From: Mobula hypostoma
Taxonomy: Eukaryota
Assembly: GCF_963921235.1 (NCBI RefSeq)
Contig: NW_026948141.1
Coordinates: forward strand, 235,061 to 255,060
Length of the DNA stretch: 20,000 bases
Direction of reading: 5' to 3'
The position numbers and the translations under genes were made by a program. The notes beneath the pieces are model-generated. The model saw nothing but the letters and a program-made list of their open reading frames with translations. It had not been told where the DNA came from and did not search any database. The stretch's first letter is position 1. Every line of letters starts with the position of its first letter. Below are positions 11,701-20,000 of this stretch, piece after piece.

Positions 11701-14700
11701 CCCAACGATCCTCCTTTCACAGCCGGGTTTGGGACTGTCCATGCGGAGTTCATACCCGTTCCTCCTCGTTTCACAGCCGGGTTTGGGACTGTCCATGGGG
11801 AGTTCATACCCGTTCCTCTTCCTTTCACAGCCGGGTTTGGGACTGTCCATGGGGAGTTCATACCCAACCCTCCTCCTTTCACAGCCGGGTTTGGGACTGT
11901 CCATGGGGAGTTCATACCCGTTCCTCCTCCTTTCACAGCCGGGTTTGGGACTGTCCACGGGGAGTTCATACCCGTTCCTCCTCCTTTCACAGCCGGGTTT
12001 GGGACTGTCCATGGGGAGTTCATACCCAACCTTCCTCCTTTCACAGCCGGGTTTGGGACTGTCCATGGGGAGTTCATACCCAACCCTCCTCCTTTCACAG
12101 CCGGGTTTGGGACTGTCCATGGGGAGTTCATACCCGTTCCTCCTCCTTTCACAGCCGGGTTTGGGACTGTCCATGGGGAGTTCATACCCGTTCCTCCTCC
12201 TTTCACAGCCGGGTTTGGGACTGTCGATGGGGAGTTCATACCCGTTCCTCCTCCTTTCACAGCCGGGTTTGGGACTGTCCATGCGGAGTTCATACCCGTT
12301 CCTCCTCCTTTCACAGCCGGGTTTGGGACTGTCCATGGGGAGTTCATACCCGTTCCTCCTCCTTTCACAGCCGGGTTTGGGACTGTCGATGGGGAGTTCA
12401 TACCCGTTCCTCCTCCTTTCACAGCCGGGTTTGGGACTGTCCATGCGGAGTTCATACCCAACCCTCCTCCTTTCACAGCCGGGTTTGGGACTGTCCATGG
12501 GGAGTTCATACCCGTTCCTCCTCCTTTCACAGCCGGGTTTGGGACTGTCCATGGGGAGTTCATACCCAACTCTCCTCCTTTCACAGCCGGGTTTGGGACT
12601 GTCCATGGGGAGTTCATACCCGTTCCTCCTCCTTTCACAGCCGGGTTTGGGACTGTCCATGGGGAGTTCATACCTGTTCCTCCTCCTTTCACAGCCGGGT
12701 TTGGGACTGTCCGTGGGGAGTTCATACCCGTTCCTCCTCCTTTCACAGCCGGGTTTGGGACTGTCCATGGGGAGTTCATACCCGTTCCTCCTCCTTTCAC
12801 AGCCGGGTTTGGGACTGTCGATGGGGAGTTCATACCCGTTCTGCCTCCTTTCACAGCCGGGTTTGGGACTGTCCATGCGGAGTTCATACCCAACCCTCCT
12901 CCTTTCACAGCCGGGTTTGGGACTGTCCATGGGGAGTTCATACCCGTTCCTCCTCCTTTCACAGCCGGGTTTGGGACTGTCGATGGGGAGTTCATACCCG
13001 TTCCTCCTCCTTTCACAGCCGGGTTTGGGACTGTCCATGCGGAGTTCATACCCAACCCTCCTCCTTTCACAGCCGGGTTTGGGACTGTCCATGGGGAGTT
13101 CATACCCGTTCCTCCTCCTTTCACAGCCGGGTTTGGGACTGTCCATGGGGAGTTCATACCTGTTCCTCCTCCTTTCACAGCCGGGTTTGGGACTGTCGAT
13201 GGGGAGTTCATACCCGTTCCTCCTCCTTTCACAGCCGGGTTTGTGACTGTCCATGCGGAGTTCATACCCAACCCTCCTCCTTTCACAGCCGGGTTTGGGA
13301 CTGTCCATGGGGAGTTCATACCCGTTCCTCCTCCTTTCACAGCCGGGTTTGGGACTGTCCATGGGGAGTTCATACCCAACTCTCCTCCTTTCACAGCCGG
13401 GTTTGGGACTGTCCATGGGGAGTTCATACCCGTTCCTCCTCCTTTCACAGCCGGGTTTGGGACTGTCCATGGGGAGTTCATACCTGTTCCTCCTCCTTTC
13501 ACAGCCGGGTTTGGGACTGTCCATGGGGAGTTCATACCCGTTCCTCCTCCTTTCACAGCCGGGTTTGGGACTGTCCATGGGGAGTTCATACCCGTTCCTC
13601 CTCCTTTCACAGCCAGGTTTGGGACTGTCCATGGGGAGTTCATACCCGTTCCTCCTCCTTTCACAGCCGGGTTTGGGACTGTCGATGGGGAGTTCATACC
13701 CAACTCTCCTCCTTTCACAGCCAGGTTTGGGACTGTCCTTGGGGAGTTCATACCCGTTCCTCCTCCTTTCACAGCCGGGTTTGGGACTGTCCATGGGGAG
13801 TTCATACCCAACCCTCCTCCTTTCACAGCCGGGTTTGGGACTGTCCATGGGGAGTTCATACCCAACTCTCCTCCTTTCACAGCCGGGTTTGGGACTGTCC
13901 ATGGGGAGTTCATACCCAACCCTCCTCCTTTCACAGCCGGGTTTGGGACTGTCCTTGGGGAGTTCATACCCGTTCCTCCTCCTTTCACAGCCGGGTTTGG
14001 GACTGTCCATGCGGAGTTCATACCCGTTCCTCCTCCTTTCACAGCCGGGTTTGGGACTGTCCATGGGGAGTTCATACCCGTTCCTCCTCCTTTCACAGCC
14101 GGGGTGGGACTGTCGATGGGGAGTTCATACCCGTTCCTCCTCCTTTCACAGCTGGGTTTGGGACTGTCCATGCGGAGTTCATACCCAACCCTCCTCCTTT
14201 CACAGCCGGGTTTGGGACTTTCCATGGGGAGTTCATACCCGTTCCTCCTCCTTTCACAGCGGAGTTTGGGACTGTCCATGGGGAGTTCATACCCGTTCCT
14301 CCGCCTTTCACAGCCGGGTTTGGGACTGTCCATGGGGAGTTCATACCCAACCCTACTCCTTTCACAGCTGGGTTTGGGACTGTCCATGGGGAGTTCATAC
14401 CCGTTCCTCCTCCTTTCACAGCCGGGTTTGGGACTGTCCATGGGGAGTTCATACCCGTTCCTCCTCCTTTCACAGCCGAGTTTGGGACTGTCCATGTGGA
14501 GTTCATACACGTTCCTCCTCCTTTCACAGCTGGGTTTGGGACTATCCATGGGGAGTTCATACCCAACCCTCCTCCTTTCACAGCTGGGTTTGGGACTGTC
14601 CATGGGGAGTTCATACCCAACCCTCCTCCTTTCACAGCCGGGTTTGGGACTGTCCATGGGGAGTTCATACCAAACCCTCCTCCTTTCACAGCCGGGTTTG

Positions 14701-17700
14701 GGACTGTCCATGGGGAGTTCATACCCGTTCCTCCTCCTTTCACAGCCGGGTTTGGGACTGTCCATGTGGAGTTCATACACGTTCCTCCTCCTTTCACAGC
14801 TGGGTTTGGGACTGTCCATGGGGAGTTCATACCCAACCCTCCTCCTTTCACAGCTGGGTTTGGGACTGTCCATGGGGAGTTCATACCCAACGATCCTCCT
14901 TTCACAGCCGGGTTTGGGACTGTCCATGCGGAGTTCATACCCGTTCCTCCTCGTTTCACAGCCGGGTTTGGGACTGTCCATGGGGAGTTCATACCCGTTC
15001 CTCTTCCTTTCACAGCCGGCTTTGGGACTGTCCATGGGGAGTTCATACCCAACCCTCCTCCTTTCACAGCTCGGTTTGGGACTGTCCATGGGGAGTTCAT
15101 ACCCAACCCTCCACCTTTCACAGCCGGGTTTGGGACTGTCCATGGGGAGTTCATACCCGTTCCTCCTCCTTTCACAGCCGGGTTTGGGACTGTCCATGGG
15201 GAGTTCATACCCGTTCCTCCTCCTTTCACAGCCGGGTTTGGGACTGTCCATGGGGAGTTCATACCCAACCCTCCTCCTTTCACAGCCGGGTTTGGGACTG
15301 TCCATGGGGAGTTCATACCCGTTCCTCCTCCTTTCACAGCCGGGTTTGGGACTGTCCATGGGGAGTTCATACCCAACTCTCCTCCTTTCACAGCCGGGTT
15401 TGGGACTGTCCATGGGGAGTTCATACCCGTTCCTCCTCCTTTCACAGCCGGGTTTGGGACTGTCCATGGGGAGTTCATACCTGTTCCTCCTCCTTTCACA
15501 GCCGGGTTTGGGACTGTCCGTGGGGAGTTCATACCCGTTCCTCCTCCTTTCACAGCCGGGTTTGGGACTGTCCATGGGGAGTTCATACCCGTTCCTCCTC
15601 CTTTCACAGCCGGGTTTGGGACTGTCGATGGGGAGTTCATACCCGTTCTGCCTCCTTTCACAGCCGGGTTTGGGACTGTCCATGGGGAGTTCATACCCAA
15701 CCCTCCTCCTTTCACAGCCGGGTTTGGGACTGTCCATGGGGAGTTCATACCCGTTCCTCCTCCTTTCACAGCCGGGTTTGGGACTGTCCATGCGGAGTTC
15801 ATACCCGTTCCTCCTCCTTTCACAGCCGGGTTTGGGACTGTCCATGGGGAGTTCATACCCGTTCCTCCTCCTTTCACAGCCGGGTTTGGGACTGTCATGG
15901 GGAGTTCATACCCGTTCCTCCTCCTTTCACAGCCGGGTTTGGGACTGTCCATGCGGAGTTCATACCCAACCCTCCTCCTTTCACAGCCGGGTTTGGGACT
16001 GTCCATGGGGAGTTCATACCCGTTCCTCCTCCTTTCACAGCCGGGTTTGGGACTGTCCATGGGGAGTTCATACCCAACTCCTCCTCCTTTCACAGCCGGG
16101 TTTGGGACTGTCCATGGGGAGTTCATACCCGTTCCTCCTCCTTTCACAGCCGGGTTTGGGACTGTCCATGGGGAGTTCATACCCGTTCCTCCTCCTTTCA
16201 CAGCCGGGTTTGGGACTGTCCATGGGGAGTTCATACCCGTTCCTCCTCCTTTCACAGCCGGGTTTGGGACTGTCCATGGGGAGTTCATACCCGTTCCTCC
16301 TCCTTTCACAGCCGGGTTTGGGACTGTCCATGGGGAGTTCATACCCGTTCCTCCTCCTTTCACAGCCGGGTTTGGGACTGTCCATGGGGAGTTCATACCC
16401 AACCCTCCTCCTTTCACAGCCGGGTTTGGGACTGTCCATGGGGAGTTCATACCCGTTCCTCCTCCTTTCACAGCCGGGTTTGGGACTGTCCATGGGGAGT
16501 TCATACCCGTTCCTCCTCCTTTCACAGCCGGGTTTGGGACTGTCCATGGGGAGTTCATACCCAACCCTCCTCCTTTCACAGCCGGGTTTGGGACTGTCCA
16601 TGGGGAGTTCATACCCGTTCCTCCTCCTTTCACAGCCGGGTTTGGGACTGTCCATGGGGAGTTCATACCCGTTCCTCCTCCTTTCACAGCCGGGTTTGGG
16701 ACTGTCGATGGGGAGTTCATACCCGTTCCTCCTCCTTTCACAGCCGGGTTTGGGACTGTCCATGGGGAGTTCATACCCGTTCCTCCTCCTTTCACAGCCG
16801 GGTTTGGGACTGTCCATGGGGAGTTCATACCCGTTCCTCCTCCTTTCACAGCCGGGTTTGGGACTGTCCATGGGGAGTTCATACCCAACTCCTCCTCCTT
16901 TCACAGCCGGGTTTGGGACTGTCCATGGGGAGTTCATACCCGTTCCTCCTCCTTTCACAGCCGGGTTTGGGACTGTCCATGGGGAGTTCATACCCGTTCC
17001 TCCTCCTTTCACAGCCGGGTTTGGGACTGTCCATGGGGAGTTCATACCCGTTCCTCCTCCTTTCACAGCCGGGTTTGGGACTGTCCATGGGGAGTTCATA
17101 CCCGTTCCTCCTCCTTTCACAGCCGGGTTTGGGACTGTCCATGGGGAGTTCATACCCGTTCCTCCTCCTTTCACAGCCGGGTTTGGGACTGTCCATGGGG
17201 AGTTCATACCCAACTCTCCTCCTTTCACAGCCGGGTTTGGGACTGTCCATGGGGAGTTCATACCCGTTCCTCCTCCTTTCACAGCCGGGTTTGGGACTGT
17301 CCATGGGGAGTTCATACCCAACCCTCCTCCTTTCACAGCCGGGTTTGGGACTGTCCATGGGGAGTTCATACCCAACCCTCCTCCTTTCACAGCCGGGTTT
17401 GGGACTGTCCATGGGGAGTTCATACCCAACCCTCCTCCTTTCACAGCCGGGTTTGGGACTGTCCATGGGGAGTTCATACCCGTTCCTCCTCCTTTCACAG
17501 CCGGGTTTGGGACTGTCCATGGGGAGTTCATACCCGTTCCTCCTCCTTTCACAGCCGGGTTTGGGACTGTCCATGGGGAGTTCATACCCGTTCCTCCTCC
17601 TTTCACAGCCGGGTTTGGGACTGTCCATGGGGAGTTCATACCCGTTCCTCCTCCTTTCACAGCCGGGTTTGGGACTGTCCATGGGGAGTTCATACCCAAC

Positions 17701-19477
17701 CCTCCTCCTTTCACAGCCGGGTTTGGGACTGTCCATGGGGAGTTCATACCCGTTCCTCCTCCTTTCACAGCCGGGTTTGGGACTGTCCATGGGGAGTTCA
17801 TACCCGTTCCTCCTCCTTTCACAGCCGGGTTTGGGACTGTCCATGGGGAGTTCATACCCGTTCCTCCTCCTTTCACAGCCGGGTTTGGGACTGTCCATGG
17901 GGAGTTCATACCCAACTCTCCTCCTTTCACAGCCGGGTTAGTGACTGTCCATGGGGAGTTCATACACGTTCCTCCTCCTTTCACAGCCGGGTTTGGGACT
18001 GTCCATGGGGAGTTCATACCCGTTCCTCCTCCTTTCACAGCCGGGTTTGGGACTGTCCATGGGGAGTTCATACCCGTTCCTCCTCCTTTCACAGCCGGGT
18101 TTGGGACTGTCCATGGGGAGTTCATACCCATCCCTCCTCCTTTCACAGCCGGGTTTGGGACTGTCCATGGGGAGTTCATACCCGTTCCTCCTCCTTTCAC
18201 AGCCGGGTTTGGGACTGTCCATGGGGAGTTCATACCCGTTCCTCCTCCTTTCACAGCCGGGTTTGGGACTGTCCATGGGGAGTTCATACCCGTTCCTCCT
18301 CCTTTCACAGCCGGGTTTGGGACTGTCCATGGGGAGTTCATACCCGTTCCTCCTCCTTTCACAGCCGGGTTTGGGACTGTCCATGGGGAGTTCATACCCG
18401 TTCCTCCTCCTTTCACAGCCGGGTTTGGGACTGTCCATGGGGAGTTCATACCCGTTCCTCCTCCTTTCACAGCCGGGTTTGGGACTGTCCATGGGGAGTT
18501 CATACCCGTTCCTCCTCCTTTCACAGCCGGGTTTGGGACTGTCCATGGGGAGTTCATACCCGTTCCTCCTCCTTTCACAGCCGGGTTTGGGACTGTCCAT
18601 GGGGAGTTCATATCCCAACGTTCCTCCTCCTTTCACAGCCGGGTTTGGGACTGTCCATGGGGAGTTCATACCCAACCCTCCTCCTTTCACAGCCGGGTTT
18701 GGGACTGTCCATGGGGAGTTCATACCCGTTCCTCCTCCTTTCACAGCCGGGTTTGGGACTGTCCATGGGGAGTTCATACCCGTTCCTCCTCCTTTCACAG
18801 CCGGGTTTGGGACTGTCCATGGGGAGTTCATACCCGTTCCTCCTCCTTTCACAGCCGGGTTTGGGACTGTCCATGGGGAGTTCATACCCGTTCCTCCTCC
18901 TTTCACAGCCGGGTTTGGGACTGTCCATGGGGAGTTCATACCCGTTCCTCCTCCTTTCACAGCCGGGTTTGGGACTGTCCATGGGGAGTTCATACCCGTT
19001 CCTCCTCCTTTCACAGCCGGGTTTGGGACTGTCCATGGGGAGTTCATACCCAACCCTCCTCCTTTCACAGCCGGGTTTGGGACTGTCCATGGGGAGTTCA
19101 TACCCGTTCCTCCTCCTTTCACAGCCGGGTTTGGGACTGTCCATGGGGAGTTCATACCCGTTCCTCCTCCTTTCACAGCCGGGTTTGGGACTGTCCATGG
19201 GGAGTTCATACCCGTTCCTCCTCCTTTCACAGCCGGGTTTGGGACTGTCCATGGGGAGTTCATACCCGTTCCTCCTCCTTTCACAGCCGGGTTTGGGACT
19301 GTCCATGGGGAGTTCATACCCGTTCCTCCTCCTTTCACAGCCGGGTTTGGGACTGTCCATGGGGAGTTCATACCCAACCCTCCTCCTTTCACAGCCGGGT
19401 TTGGGACTGTCCATGGGGAGTTCATACCCGTTCCTCCTCCTTTCACAGCCGGGTTTGGGACTGTCCATGCTGGAGTT
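5772..19477 (-). mobile_element. Short non-autonomous bipartite RTE-derived element (5' UTR head fused to 3' tail) whose first 54 nt are tandemly amplified
   Basis: Downstream of the array on the minus strand: catggcactagcaaccccatcctgtaaaaacccagagctac (resembles RTE 5' UTR), then ggcccaggatagaggactgtggtgagctgttg (AQDRGLW, resembles RTE ORF C-terminus), then gcttaagtag (TAAG-type tail). Family assignment is from recall. Confidence 0.65.
5980..19477. repeat. 54-bp tandem array (minisatellite/satellite), about 250 copies, 13.5 kb
   Basis: Unit cataccc(gtt/aac)cctcctcctttcacagccgggtttgggactgtccatggggagtt. First unit 5980-6033, last unit 19423-19477. 13498 bp divided by 54 is about 250. Confidence 0.99.
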
Positions 19478-19485
19478 ACTGTTGC
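19423..19485 (-). ncRNA. Twister ribozyme-like sequence (terminal copy; all array units are homologous), degenerate
   Basis: Minus strand UAA-CUCC-AGC-AUGG-ACAG-UCCCAAAC-CCGG-CUGUGAAA-GGAG-GAGG, compared with the rice twister as recalled, UAA-CACU-GCC-AAUG-CCGG-UCCCAAGC-CCGG-AUAAA-AGUG-GAGG. P2 covaries (CUCC/GGAG). T2 and P4 are damaged. Confidence 0.7.
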
Positions 19486-19517
19486 TGTATGTTCTATGTG
19501 AAACTTGGAGGAATGAT

Positions 19518-19725
19518 GAATGCTTTGGAGCTTTTCAAAGAGGTAGGTGAAGGGATAGAGGAAGGTAGGGCAGTAGATAGGACATGGAACACTACAGCAC
19601 AGGAACAGGCCCCTCAGCCCACGATATTGTTGAGAAACAAGTGATCAATTTATGCCTCCATTTTCCTCACATTCGACTTGATGAGCCAAGGGGCCTGTTT
19701 CAGCACTGTACAATTCTCTGTCTAT
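19518..19725. mobile_element. Small CR1 remnants in both orientations
   Basis: 19518-19578 (+) reads LELFKEVGEGIEEGRAVD, similar to LEFFKEVTRKVDEGKAVD in the 4286-5683 ORF. 19580-19632 (-) acagcacaggaacaggcccctcagccc resembles the tail at 4112-4140. 19675-19725 (+) is tail-like (gatgagccaaggggcctgttt). Confidence 0.65.
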
Positions 19726-20000
19726 TTTAAATGTATCATTGGACTGGACTGGATTTTATTGATTTCTTTAATGTAAAAAGAATTCAAGTGGCTTCAGAAA
19801 CGTTTTACAATAAATGCCCATGTCTGGGGATAAATTATTTCTATATATACCACTCTTCGCATATTTAAGTCCACTTCAGACTAATGTCCAGGCATTAGCA
19901 AGCAGGGGAAGTGTTTTGGCAGTATTTGTCGGTTTAAATGCCATCATTCTTGCCGATAATCGAATGACTCACCCCGTTATTTGGGAAATTACTTGTTCTG

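Noticed and set aside
5980..19477. CRISPR-like array
   Set aside because: Units are contiguous with no unique spacers, there are no cas genes, and the context is eukaryotic.
5980..19477. Claim that the array units are active ribozymes
   Set aside because: T2, P4 and P1 are disrupted, and ACAG can mispair with CUGU. Activity cannot be asserted without an assay.
5980..19477. G-quadruplex or telomere-like function (GGAGGAGGGTTGGG on minus, GGGTTTGGG...GGGG on plus)
   Set aside because: Four closely spaced G3 tracts are not present on one strand, there is no TTAGGG, and the G-runs are explained by the twister-like ancestry.
5750..19500. Target-site duplication around the RTE-derived element (ttgctgt and gttctat near both ends)
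   Set aside because: The similar words are not directly adjacent to both termini and do not align contiguously.
5745..19644. Giant ORFs (4601, 3573, 2154 aa and others) suggesting a repetitive protein
   Set aside because: The 54-bp unit is a multiple of 3 and lacks stops in 5 of 6 frames. The ORFs switch among three unrelated peptide repeats at each indel, variants show no synonymous bias that I can see, and the flanks are transposon debris.

Overview
Eukaryotic, repeat-dense, apparently non-genic window. The repeat landscape looks cartilaginous-fish-like, which is an inference from recalled repeat motifs. Positions 1-5770 are a patchwork of retroelements: a Penelope-like terminal segment with a decayed minimal hammerhead motif, split by a 5'-truncated, disrupted RLE-type (Hero/R2-group) non-LTR element, followed by several CR1 fragments and a young 5'-truncated CR1 with a nearly intact RT ORF (minus strand). 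Positions 5980-19477 are about 250 tandem copies of a 54-bp unit. The giant ORFs there are artefacts of a unit that is stop-free in 5 of 6 frames. The main observation is that, on the minus strand, the unit aligns with the twister ribozyme core. It is the amplified 5' head of a short bipartite RTE-derived element, and the repeat phase begins exactly at the predicted twister scissile position. Several structural positions (T2 pseudoknot, P4, P1) are mutated, so most copies are probably inactive; this is testable.
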